Positions 8,551 to 17,082 of a stretch of 64,000 nucleotides of DNA are shown here, in pieces. Source of the stretch: a virus; IMG/VR virus record IMGVR_UViG_3300046543_000451, positions 5,376-69,375 of that record; one strand, given 5' to 3'. A program made the position numbers and the translations under genes. The notes below the pieces were generated by a model. It was not told the DNA's origin and did not search any database. It worked only from the letters and a program-made list of their open reading frames with translations. Within the stretch, counting starts at the first letter, position 1. Every line of letters begins with the position of its first letter.

Positions 8551-9762
8551 ATGCCGACCAAGACGCCGACCAAGAAGCCTGCCGACATCCCCATGCCGCC
8601 GGAGTGGATCGAGGGGACCGTCATCGAGCAGTTGCCCGCCGAGCCGCCGGATGAGCCTGCTGTCGTCGGCGAACTGCTCGCCCTGACCGAACCGATTGGA
8701 GATGTTCTGACCGTGGACTTGGTGAAGTCGCCCGCGCCGACCAGCAACTCGGTGATCGTCGGTCTCGGCGCACTGGCCGCCATGAGCGACGAGGAGTACG
8801 AGCAGAAGAAGGCGATCATGGCGAAGGGGATCGCCCGGGTGAAAGACATCCAGCAGTCCCTCATGGACGACAAGGAGGACTACGGTCGCGTCCCCGGCAT
8901 CGCCAAGCCGTTCCTGAAGCTGCCCGGCGCCGAGAAGCTGGTCAACTTCTATGGCTATGCGATCCGTCAGGAGGTCGACCGGATCGTCCGCACTCCGGCC
9001 GACAGCAATGACGTCCCGCCACTCTCCTATCACGTCCGCTCGTATGTCCACCTCGGCTCGCTCGACGGGCCGGTCATCGCCATGGGCTACGGCGAGGCCA
9101 ACTCGTACGAGGAGAAGTACAAGTACCGCTTCGAGAAGCCGCTCTGCGAGAAGTGCGGCCACGAGATGAAGCGCGGTAAGCCGGGCGGCAACATGGCCGG
9201 GATGTGGTTCTGCCCGGGCTTCGAGGGTGGCTGCTGGGCGAAGGTCCCGATCGAGTCCATGCCGCCAATGGGCAAGGTCGAGAACACCGAGCCGTACGGT
9301 CTGGCCGAGACTCTGATCCAGATGGCTGCCAAGCGCTCGTTCGTCGCCGCCACCCGCCGGGCGACCGGGACCTCGGGACTGTTCACGCAGGACGAGGACA
9401 GCCCGTCGGTCCAGCAACAGTCATCCGACAGTGGCGAGGGCCAGTCGGGTGACTCGGTGACCGTCGAGCCCGAGTCGATCGGGATCAAGGTCGAGGTCGG
9501 GGCCAAGTCCGAGGCCGCGACACAGGTCCAGCACGACCGGCTGATGAAGGTCGCCAAGGAGAAGGGCCTCAACGGGGCCAAGATCGCGGACCTGCTCCTG
9601 CGCCTGTTCGAGATGGAGGTCGAGCCGACCGGTCAGGCAGCCGGCGCGGCAGTCCAGACCCTCAACGGCAAGCAGATGGGCCAACTCATCATGGCCGTCG
9701 AGACGGGCACCCTGCCGGACGAGCCCGACCCCGTGGCACTGGCAACGGCGCCCAACCAGTGA
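8551..9762 (+). CDS. Putative ssDNA-annealing recombinase (Rad52/ERF-like) with zinc insert
   Basis: DYGRVPG..KPFLKLPGAEKL and MAAKRSFVAATRRATGTSGLFTQD motifs; near the exonuclease; AAGGAG RBS. Confidence 0.62.
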   Translation: MPTKTPTKKPADIPMPPEWIEGTVIEQLPAEPPDEPAVVGELLALTEPIGDVLTVDLVKSPAPTSNSVIVGLGALAAMSDEEYEQKKAIMAKGIARVKDIQQSLMDDKEDYGRVPGIAKPFLKLPGAEKLVNFYGYAIRQEVDRIVRTPADSNDVPPLSYHVRSYVHLGSLDGPVIAMGYGEANSYEEKYKYRFEKPLCEKCGHEMKRGKPGGNMAGMWFCPGFEGGCWAKVPIESMPPMGKVENTEPYGLAETLIQMAAKRSFVAATRRATGTSGLFTQDEDSPSVQQQSSDSGEGQSGDSVTVEPESIGIKVEVGAKSEAATQVQHDRLMKVAKEKGLNGAKIADLLLRLFEMEVEPTGQAAGAAVQTLNGKQMGQLIMAVETGTLPDEPDPVALATAPNQ

Positions 9763-10238
9763 CAGCCGAGTGGAGCGGCGTCAGGCCGATGGTGCTGTGG
9801 CGGCTTCGGCTGAACGTCGGCGGACAGGCCGAATATCTCGGCGCCCTGCTCGACCGTGAGATCAAGACCGAGATGGCCCAACTCGAAGCGGCCCGGAAGT
9901 CCCATGCCCCGGCCCACGAGGTCGAACAGTTGCAGGACGAGGCCGTCCACCTGATCGACATGCGTCGGGACATCACGACCGGGCTGATCGAGGATCACTT
10001 GGAGTTCATCCGGGTCCGGGTCCGCCGGGGCGGACAGGCTGACACCCTCCGCGACGTCCTGCTTGCCGAGCAGGAGACCCTACTGGAGAAGTTGGCCGAC
10101 TGTCGGGCTCGCGGCCTGACCGAAGAAGACCCCGAGATCACCCAGACCCGCGAGGAGTTGTTCTGGCTGGTCAATACCTTGCGCGATGTCGGCATCGCCT
10201 TGGTCGAGCTGGCTGGGCCAAACGTGGACCAGCGATGA
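9759..10238 (+). CDS. Hypothetical helical protein
   Basis: GTGA coupling. Confidence 0.65.
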   Translation: MTAEWSGVRPMVLWRLRLNVGGQAEYLGALLDREIKTEMAQLEAARKSHAPAHEVEQLQDEAVHLIDMRRDITTGLIEDHLEFIRVRVRRGGQADTLRDVLLAEQETLLEKLADCRARGLTEEDPEITQTREELFWLVNTLRDVGIALVELAGPNVDQR

Positions 10239-10408
10239 ACGACTACTTCGACCGCTGGATGGTCCTGCTGGTCGCCGTCCTCGTTCTCGTGGCGGTGCTG
10301 TATGTCGTCGGCCGGGATCGCGACTGTACGAGCAAGGGCGGCTCGATGGACTGGACTGTCGGTCGCTACGGCATCTGCCTGACGCCGGACGGTCGGGTGA
10401 TCCGCTGA
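10235..10408 (+). CDS. Small membrane protein (57 aa, absent from the ORF track)
   Basis: MNDYFDRWMVLLVAVLVLVAVLYVVG..., coupled at both ends. Confidence 0.65.
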   Translation: MNDYFDRWMVLLVAVLVLVAVLYVVGRDRDCTSKGGSMDWTVGRYGICLTPDGRVIR

Positions 10409-10635
10409 TGGGCCTCCAGCGCTATTGCGACGTGTGCGGGTTGATGAACCCGACCATCGAGACGTATGGCCTACGCCGTCAACTCAAACCACCGGGCGCA
10501 CCGTACTGGACGACTGAAGGGGCAGGCTCGATCGAGTTGTGCCTGCCCTGCTGGGAGAAGCTAGCGAAGCCGAAGATGCGAGCATGGAAGAAGAACACGT
10601 TTGCATGGCGCGGCAAGGCCAAGGCAACGCCGTGA
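10408..10635 (+). CDS. Zinc-binding hypothetical protein
   Basis: YCDVCG...ELCLPCW. Confidence 0.65.
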   Translation: MGLQRYCDVCGLMNPTIETYGLRRQLKPPGAPYWTTEGAGSIELCLPCWEKLAKPKMRAWKKNTFAWRGKAKATP

Positions 10636-10901
10636 ACGACGAGATCGTCGAGGACGACTCGCTCCTGTTTATGAAGCCACGCGAGGAGTACGACGCCTGC
10701 ATCCTCGGCGTGGCCGAGAGGTTCGAGAAGGGCGGCCACCATTCGTTCGTCGTCTACGACCGAGCCTGCGTCATCAAGAATCTGATGGTGGACATGGACG
10801 AGGAGGACGCCGAGGAGTTCTTCGAGTTCAACATTGCCGGCGCCTATGTGGGCCCCGCCACGCCGGCTTACCTCGAACCCTTGATCGAAGACGAGCCATG
10901 A
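10632..10901 (+). CDS. Conserved phage hypothetical protein
   Basis: YDACILGV...VVYD...MDEEDAEEFFEFNIAGAYVG..TP. Confidence 0.75.
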   Translation: MNDEIVEDDSLLFMKPREEYDACILGVAERFEKGGHHSFVVYDRACVIKNLMVDMDEEDAEEFFEFNIAGAYVGPATPAYLEPLIEDEP

Positions 10902-11107
10902 TCGCCGAAGGCCGCTGCCCGACCTGCAACGGCGCCCTTCTCATGCTCGATCGGTTCCTCTACTGTCCCAACTCGAAGTGCGGTCCAGCCGGGAGGGTTT
11001 TCAGAAGTGATCCGACGAACGCCGTTGCGAGCCCGCCGTCTTTACCGCCCGCCCGCAAGAACCGATCAGGTGTCGCCCGAGACCGCGCAGGCGGTGTTCA
11101 AACGTGA
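10898..11107 (+). CDS. Small zinc-ribbon protein
   Basis: CPTC...YCPNSKC; overlaps the next ORF by 100 nt. Confidence 0.45.
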   Translation: MIAEGRCPTCNGALLMLDRFLYCPNSKCGPAGRVFRSDPTNAVASPPSLPPARKNRSGVARDRAGGVQT

Positions 11108-11333
11108 CGGCGGATGCTTGGCCCCGCGCCTCGGCGGGTCCGCGATGGACTGCTGGGGGAGGGACCGCATCGAGCACGTCAAGCGGGAGCCGCGCATGGG
11201 CGTCCGAGGCGACCTGCTCGGGACGCTCTGTCAAGGGCACACCGAGGATGGCACCCGCGCCGGCTATTGCTGGGCAACTGACGCCAAGAACCGGCAGGCC
11301 ATGAGAGCGCACCTGCTCCCGTTCTATGACTGA
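11007..11333 (+). CDS. Small HNH-like protein
   Basis: RRTPL...VFKRDGGC...IEHVK...TLCQGH. Confidence 0.55.
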   Translation: MIRRTPLRARRLYRPPARTDQVSPETAQAVFKRDGGCLAPRLGGSAMDCWGRDRIEHVKREPRMGVRGDLLGTLCQGHTEDGTRAGYCWATDAKNRQAMRAHLLPFYD

Positions 11334-11700
11334 CTGGTCATTCACCGTGCCCGGCCTTCCGCCGACGGTCAACCATGCCTACCGCATCTGGTCGGCGCCG
11401 ACCGGTGGTGCCCGAATGACGAAGACCAGCGAAGCTGCCGCCTATCAGGTGGGGGTGGCCGTGGTGGTGCGGACCGCTCGGCCGAAGGACTGGGTGCCAG
11501 CCCGCCGCATCTACATCGTCTACCGGATGTGGTTCGACACCGACCGGCGAGACGCTTCCAACGCGATCAAGCTCCTCGAAGACGGGATCGCCGTGGCCCT
11601 CGGGGTCAACGACAACACGTTCCTCCCGATTGTCGCGAGCAAAGAAGTCGACAAGGCCAACCCGCGCGTCGAGGTCACGGTCCGCAATGTCGAGCCGTAG
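11326..11700 (+). CDS. rusA: RusA-like Holliday junction resolvase
   Basis: PPTVNHAY, RRDASNAIKLLEDGI...ND, NPRVEVTV. Confidence 0.88.
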   Translation: MTDWSFTVPGLPPTVNHAYRIWSAPTGGARMTKTSEAAAYQVGVAVVVRTARPKDWVPARRIYIVYRMWFDTDRRDASNAIKLLEDGIAVALGVNDNTFLPIVASKEVDKANPRVEVTVRNVEP

Positions 11701-12094
11701 AGTCGCCCTCGTGGGCAACAGCACGTTCCCGTTGGATGCCTCGACCGGCGGGCAGGTCGTCAGCCTGATCCGCGAGTGGGGTGACGACGTGACGCTGCTG
11801 ACCCGGAAGCGACCGCCGTTCGATGCCTTCGTGCAGAGCGTGGCGATCGTCCTGAAGCTGCGTTGCTTGACATACGACGCCGAGGGTGGTGCCAGTAATC
11901 TCGCCCGCGACTCGGCCATCGTCGATGACTGCACCGAGCTGCACGGCTTCCTGACACTGGAGGAGTTCGAGCAAGGCGAGGACAGCGGGACCTTCTGGCT
12001 CATCTCGAAGGCCCTCGCGGCGAACAAGCCCACGTATGCTTGGACCTGTGCCGACGGGATGCTCATCCACGTTGGATCGGAGGAGCCGGAATGA
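11687..12094 (+). CDS. SLOG/YspA-like nucleotide-binding protein
   Basis: VALVGN...NLARDSAIV...SGTFWLISKALAANKP. Confidence 0.55.
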   Translation: MSSRRVALVGNSTFPLDASTGGQVVSLIREWGDDVTLLTRKRPPFDAFVQSVAIVLKLRCLTYDAEGGASNLARDSAIVDDCTELHGFLTLEEFEQGEDSGTFWLISKALAANKPTYAWTCADGMLIHVGSEEPE

Positions 12095-12360
12095 TGGCGA
12101 CGCTGGCCGGGCTCAGGTTGAATACGAAGTGGCAGTTCGGGATGATCCTGACCGCCGACTATGTGCCGGAGATGCGCCTGATGGTGCTCGGTCCGGTCGA
12201 CTCTGCCTATCGGACCTCCAGAGATCGCTGGAACGTCATGTGCCTGCGCGACGATACCGACCCTGCTGAAGCCAGCGCGTGGCTGCCCGGTGAGGTCTTC
12301 ACCTTGTCACCGAGCGACGCGGGTCTTAGGATCGTGGCTTCGCCAGAGGAGACCGAGTGA
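12091..12360 (+). CDS. Hypothetical protein
   Basis: GGAGGAG RBS, ATGA coupling. Confidence 0.65.
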   Translation: MMATLAGLRLNTKWQFGMILTADYVPEMRLMVLGPVDSAYRTSRDRWNVMCLRDDTDPAEASAWLPGEVFTLSPSDAGLRIVASPEETE

Positions 12361-12878
12361 CCGACCTCGTGACCGAGACCCTGCGCCTCAACCGCGACGT
12401 CGGGCGGATCATGCGCCAAGCCTCGATCGTGGCCGAGGCGCCGTTGCGTCTCCACAGCCGCGAGATCGACTCGGGCGGGGCACCGGAGCTGCACCCGGCC
12501 TTCCTGCGCTACCTCGGTGATCGTTCAGTCTGCAAGTGCGGCCGGCCGGCGGTCTGCGCGACGGGCTGCCGGGCGACCCGCTTCGATGAGCATCTCCCGG
12601 CCTGCGAGCCCGCCTGCCCGAAAGGCGACGTCCGCTACCACGCCAGCACCCACAAGAACCAGCCCAACCGGATGAAGCGGGCCCTCCGCGAGATCAGGCG
12701 GCTCAACCCCAAGGCGTACGACCTTGTCTACCTGATCGTCGCCCGGGGCTACTCGTGGGAGAACGCCACCGAGAAGCTGAACGCCGACCACCTGAGCCGC
12801 GGCCAGATGCCCAAGAGCGACGCCGAGTTCGCCGTCCTCTGGATCAGCGGCGCGAGCATGATGATCGGGGCGTTCTGA
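12357..12878 (+). CDS. Putative transcription regulator (Cys-rich region plus sigma-4-like HTH)
   Basis: C-terminal RALREI...YDLVYLIVARGYSWENATEKLN resembles a region-4 HTH; position typical of late activators. Confidence 0.4.
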   Translation: MTDLVTETLRLNRDVGRIMRQASIVAEAPLRLHSREIDSGGAPELHPAFLRYLGDRSVCKCGRPAVCATGCRATRFDEHLPACEPACPKGDVRYHASTHKNQPNRMKRALREIRRLNPKAYDLVYLIVARGYSWENATEKLNADHLSRGQMPKSDAEFAVLWISGASMMIGAF

Positions 12879-13219
12879 TGGAGATCAAGGCCGACGGCTG
12901 GCACCATATCGCCGTCACCAAGGTAGGAAGCGATATCACGGTCTACGACCGCGCTCTCTCGACCGGCGAGGTCACCAAGCATTACGAGAAGGCAGTTCTC
13001 GCCGAAAGCCCTGTCGCCTACTGGCGCCTCGGAGACACGGCCCACCCCGACTGGAAGTTCGGGGACGTGGTTCAACACCCCGACATGGGACCTCCGGTCT
13101 TCATCACCGCTCAGGTTGGTGCGGTGTTCCTTGGCGTCACCCTCGACGGTGGCCTCTTGTACTCGATCCCGGTTGAGATCGCCGGGCAGTGGAAACTCGT
13201 ACCCGAGCCGGACGACTGA
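12878..13219 (+). CDS. Small protein built from LamG-like motifs in permuted order
   Basis: WHHIAVT...VYDRALSTGEVTKHY followed by AVLAESPVAYWRLGD. Confidence 0.6.
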   Translation: MEIKADGWHHIAVTKVGSDITVYDRALSTGEVTKHYEKAVLAESPVAYWRLGDTAHPDWKFGDVVQHPDMGPPVFITAQVGAVFLGVTLDGGLLYSIPVEIAGQWKLVPEPDD

Positions 13220-13791
13220 ATCGAAAGAGCCCCGTCACCCGCCGCATTCGGCAGGTGATCGGGGCGGTAGTCCTGACGGGGCTTCTTTCAGGCAACGTCG
13301 GGGCAGAGCCACCATCGGTGGTGGCGCCAGTCACCGGGTTCCGGCCTGTGGCGACCTACGAGGCACCCCGGCGGGCCGATACGGCGAAAGTGGACCCCAC
13401 GTCCATTCCGGGTCCGCTGGCGACTCCTGAGCCTTCCCACAGACCGCGGCCCGAGGTCCACCAGATCGCTCAGGCCAAGCCAGTGAAGGTGCCGCCGGGT
13501 GGTGGAAGCAGCCGGACCGGCGGCCATCGGATTGTAGGTGTCGCGACGTGGTTCTGTGAGCCGGGCGTCTCGGTCTGCACTCGGGGCTTCCCGGCGTCAG
13601 GAGCCTATGCCGCGGCAGGGCCAGAACTACGGGCTGCTCTCGGTCATTGGCGCGGACGATATGTCTTCGTCAACGGGGTCCGGGTTCAGCTCACCGATTG
13701 GTGCGCCTGTTCTGGCGACCACGTCATCGACGTGTACCACTCGACGTGGCTTCGCATCCCCCATCCGAACCACGCGGTCGTGACGTGGTGA
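13189..13791 (+). CDS. Exported RlpA/DPBB-like (expansin/lytic transglycosylase) protein
   Basis: N-terminal hydrophobic segment, Pro-rich linker, GVATWF...YAAA...V.LTDWCAC...IDV; start uncertain. Confidence 0.65.
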   Translation: METRTRAGRLNRKSPVTRRIRQVIGAVVLTGLLSGNVGAEPPSVVAPVTGFRPVATYEAPRRADTAKVDPTSIPGPLATPEPSHRPRPEVHQIAQAKPVKVPPGGGSSRTGGHRIVGVATWFCEPGVSVCTRGFPASGAYAAAGPELRAALGHWRGRYVFVNGVRVQLTDWCACSGDHVIDVYHSTWLRIPHPNHAVVTW

Positions 13792-14118
13792 CTACGTGTG
13801 CCAGCCGAACCATGACGCGATCCCGAAGAACGCACCAACGAGACCGGCAACAGTCGCGACACCGGTTACGAGGCGCCAACTCCCGCGCCACTCCGAGCGC
13901 CAGCCTTCGAGCGACTTGACCCTGAGTTCGAGGTCCGTGATGTCCCCGGCGTTATCACGCGACCTCTGGAGCAGATTGCGGCCGAGCGGGCTGGCCTCTG
14001 GCTCACTGATGAGCATGTCCCTGATCTCACCGACCGTCTCCTTGATGTCGGAGAGTTCAGACTTGAACTCAGCGAAACGCTCGTCGTCGGCTCGCCGAAG
14101 CGGCGGCGCCGGCGGCAT
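13792..14118 (-). CDS. Coiled-coil protein with C-terminal TM segment (lysis-cassette type)
   Basis: MPPAPPLRRADD...LELRVKSLEGW...VATVAGLVGAFFGIASWFG. Confidence 0.7.
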   Translation of the reverse strand: MPPAPPLRRADDERFAEFKSELSDIKETVGEIRDMLISEPEASPLGRNLLQRSRDNAGDITDLELRVKSLEGWRSEWRGSWRLVTGVATVAGLVGAFFGIASWFGWHT

Positions 14119-14267
14119 CAGATCGACTGGCCGATCTGGTTGAAGATCGAGCTGATCTGGTTCCCGAGGAACACCAAGGCCACGATCGCCACGATGGCGA
14201 TCAGGACGAGGATCAGTGCATATTCGGCGAGACCCTGACCGCGGTCGCGGCGCCAGACTGGCTTCAT
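14118..14267 (-). CDS. flp: Flp/Fap type IVc (Tad) major pilin
   Basis: MKPVWRRDRG|QGLAEYALILVLIAIVAIVALVFLGNQISSIFNQIGQSI: G|Q cleavage site, E+5 Y+6 Flp motif, GAGGAGG RBS. Confidence 0.92.
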   Translation of the reverse strand: MKPVWRRDRGQGLAEYALILVLIAIVAIVALVFLGNQISSIFNQIGQSI

Positions 14268-14500
14268 CTTGTCCTCCTCTGAGAACCCGCCAAGCGGGTC
14301 GAACTCCCGTCGAATGGTTCCCAGCGGCTTGCGCTTGGGCAATGGGACGAACTCCGGCCACAGCTTACGCGCGGCGTCGAGGAGTCCTTCGAGCAGGTAG
14401 CCGAGCAGGAGCTGGGCGTCCCGCCGGTTGGAGCGCAGGATCATCTCCAGCGGCAACGGGGCGAAGTTCACCCGCGCGGCCTTCCCGGTCGTGTTGTCGA

Positions 14501-14878
14501 TCAGGAGGAGGGAGAAGCGGCCTCGCTGGGGCTTGGGGAGGCGGGCACGGATGGCCTCTCCGCCAGCTCCCGGCTCGTCATCGGCAGGCCGCCCCAGCCC
14601 GGGATCACGTGGGGCTGGTACTGGCACGTCGCCGTCACCACCACGACGTCCTTGGTCGTCTCGGAAAGGGAAACGTCGCACCCGGGTAGCTCATGCGCCG
14701 CGAGTGCGTGCCATGAGTCGTTGTCGTGCTGCGCCGCGTACTCGGCCACGACCGCCGTGGTCCGGTCCTGCTGGGCCTTGGAGATCACGAGGAAGCCGAC
14801 CTCGGTGAAGCCGAGGGCGATGAACATCGCCACTGGCAACATGATCGCCATCTCGACGATCGCCTGTCCGCGACTCAC
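14501..14878 (-). CDS. tadE: TadE-like pseudopilin
   Basis: RG|QAIVEMAIMLPVAMFIALGFTEVG...AEYAA...VVVTATCQY. Confidence 0.86.
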   Translation of the reverse strand: MSRGQAIVEMAIMLPVAMFIALGFTEVGFLVISKAQQDRTTAVVAEYAAQHDNDSWHALAAHELPGCDVSLSETTKDVVVVTATCQYQPHVIPGWGGLPMTSRELAERPSVPASPSPSEAASPSS

Positions 14879-15124
14879 TCACCGGGCCTCCGTTCTCTCC
14901 CTGCCGGACGATGCTTGGGGGCCCGACGTTGCAATGTCAATAAGGAATGTTCCGCATTCCGGGCATTCCTTCGGCGGTCGCGGCACGCCGAGGAACCAGA
15001 GCGACCGAGGGAGATGGAGATAGCCGACGTACTCGGCCATTGGCAGCCAGCCGACGATCCGCGAGCCGTTGAGCCTGCGGATCACCGGCGGCTTGCACTT
15101 CGGGCAGGCTAGGACGTGGACCAA
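14879..15124 (-). CDS. Zinc-ribbon hypothetical protein
   Basis: CPKC...CPECG. Confidence 0.55.
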   Translation of the reverse strand: MVHVLACPKCKPPVIRRLNGSRIVGWLPMAEYVGYLHLPRSLWFLGVPRPPKECPECGTFLIDIATSGPQASSGRERTEAR

Positions 15125-15357
15125 CGGAGAGCTGCACGGTACAGCGCCCCGACCACCGCCCCACCGATGGCGACGATCGCCGTCAGGAGCGCAGCCTGAT
15201 CCTGCGGAACACCCGTGACCCCGACTGCGAGCAGGGCGGGCGGGATGCCCATCAGGGCGTCAGCCACGAAGTCCTTGACGAACTTCTTGACCGTGATCGG
15301 TGAGACCCCGGTGCCATCCGTCAGGACGTTGCCGGTGGTCTGGGCTGGACCGGACAT
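15109..15357 (-). CDS. Putative holin
   Basis: 82 aa, two hydrophobic segments, basic C-terminus, GAGGAGG RBS, downstream of the tail genes. Confidence 0.6.
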   Translation of the reverse strand: MSGPAQTTGNVLTDGTGVSPITVKKFVKDFVADALMGIPPALLAVGVTGVPQDQAALLTAIVAIGGAVVGALYRAALRWSTS

Positions 15358-15372
15358 GCCTTCCTCCTCTGG

Positions 15373-15582
15373 TCAGCGGGGGCCGAATGTCGGACCGAAC
15401 CCGCCGCCCACGAAATCGAGAATACCCACAACGATCCCGATCGGCCATGCCCAAGTTCCGAGGAAGTCCCCGATGCTGGTGATGACCGGGACGTGGATCG
15501 CCGGGAGGACTGCCGCGAGAAGCAGGCAGATCAGGCCGGCGACGAAGCCGACCGCGATGGCGTGAATGACGCGGATCAACAT
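15373..15582 (-). CDS. Small two-TM membrane protein
   Basis: Highly hydrophobic, 69 aa. Confidence 0.7.
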   Translation of the reverse strand: MLIRVIHAIAVGFVAGLICLLLAAVLPAIHVPVITSIGDFLGTWAWPIGIVVGILDFVGGGFGPTFGPR

Positions 15583-15591
15583 GGGTCTCTC

Positions 15592-17082
15592 CTATGCGCT
15601 ACTGGGCTGCGTGAGGCAGACCACGTAGAGGAACTTGGTGGAAGCGGGTGCCACGGTCATTACGAACTCGCCCGTATCCGGGTCACTTTCCGTGAAATCC
15701 GTACCGGTTGTGAGCAGGGCGGCGCCCGGAGTCCCGACCGTGCCGATGTAGACCTGAAGGGTCGTCGCGATGTACGGGAAGCGAACGAAGAAGGTCGTGG
15801 TCACGTTGTTGGTCGCCGGCGTCGGGGTCCCCTGATAGATCGCCCCGTAGGCCGCGGTGGTCGAGGAGTCGTTGACCGCGGCCGGGCTGACTTGGATCGT
15901 GTTCAGGCGGACCTGCTGCTTCAAGAGGTAGGCCCAGAGGGTGAACGGGTCCGAGGTCTGAAGGCCGAACGTCCCGTCGAACTGGACGAGGTGGGTTCCG
16001 TCGGTCTCGAAGCCATCGGGGAACGAGATGTGGAGGCTCCGCAGCGGCAGCAACTTCGACACGCTAAAGGTGTTCATGTCGATCTGCATGATGTCGCCCG
16101 CGAGAACGTGCTCTCCGTTCGGGACATCCTCGCTGAACCATGTAAAGGTGAACTGCCACTGCGTATAGCGGAGGCCCTTCTGCTGGCCTTCGATGTCCGC
16201 CCCGGGCGGCCCGTAGAGGATGTCGTGGGCTCGGGCATCGACTCCGTACTGGGTCTTGTAGTGCAACTCGCCGAAGTGCGTCTCGGCATATTGCCAGCGC
16301 CCATAGGTCGACTCGCTGGTGGAGTCCTGCATTCGCGCTACGACCGTGGCCCCAACCCCAGCAAACTCGGAGCCGCCCCAGATCAGCACGTCATTCTCGA
16401 TGTATGAGCCGTCCTCGGTAGCCTCGACCTGCCGAAACCCGATGCTCGTCGGCGGGCTAGGCTGGTCCGAGAAACCCCATGATTTGGTGACATTCTCGAA
16501 CGGCGTATAGATGATCGTCTTGTCAGGAGCGATGTACCAGACGGCACCCCCGAAGAAGGACAGGTTATTGAACGGCTCGCGAAGGGTCTTGCCCTGCTGC
16601 CAGATATCGCCCTCGGGGATCGAGGCGATGTTCTGGATGCCGGACGAATCGAAACCGCTCATGTCGGTATAGGCATCCACGATCTGACGAAGGATCGCGC
16701 CATCGGTCACGAAGGCCGTCAGGTCGATGAGCCCGAGGTAGTTGGAGGTATCGCGCAGGACCCGGCGGTCGAACAGGATGTTGTAGTCGGCGCCGCGGAG
16801 GTTCCACGCCCGGAGCGTGTAGTCGGACAGATTGGCCGTATCGGCGGCCGGCGCGAAGTGGATCATGCTGACCTGAGTCACGAAGCCGCCGAACATCAGC
16901 AGGCCGTCGATGGTCAGGCTGATCTCCTTGCCCGACGAGAACGTCTTGTTCCGTTGCGGATCGCGGATCACGACGTCGAACGAACCCGGCGCCGCGTTCA
17001 TGCTAGTGTCGAAGGAGCAGCGCTCGAAGACGGCCGAGTCCGTCTCGTCCACGCCGTCGATCAAGAGGACGATGATACTCAC
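15592..17082 (-). CDS. Minor tail (hub/tip) protein
   Basis: Follows the tape-measure block; paralogous to the middle of 17079-20564. Confidence 0.78.
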   Translation of the reverse strand: MSIIVLLIDGVDETDSAVFERCSFDTSMNAAPGSFDVVIRDPQRNKTFSSGKEISLTIDGLLMFGGFVTQVSMIHFAPAADTANLSDYTLRAWNLRGADYNILFDRRVLRDTSNYLGLIDLTAFVTDGAILRQIVDAYTDMSGFDSSGIQNIASIPEGDIWQQGKTLREPFNNLSFFGGAVWYIAPDKTIIYTPFENVTKSWGFSDQPSPPTSIGFRQVEATEDGSYIENDVLIWGGSEFAGVGATVVARMQDSTSESTYGRWQYAETHFGELHYKTQYGVDARAHDILYGPPGADIEGQQKGLRYTQWQFTFTWFSEDVPNGEHVLAGDIMQIDMNTFSVSKLLPLRSLHISFPDGFETDGTHLVQFDGTFGLQTSDPFTLWAYLLKQQVRLNTIQVSPAAVNDSSTTAAYGAIYQGTPTPATNNVTTTFFVRFPYIATTLQVYIGTVGTPGAALLTTGTDFTESDPDTGEFVMTVAPASTKFLYVVCLTQPSSA

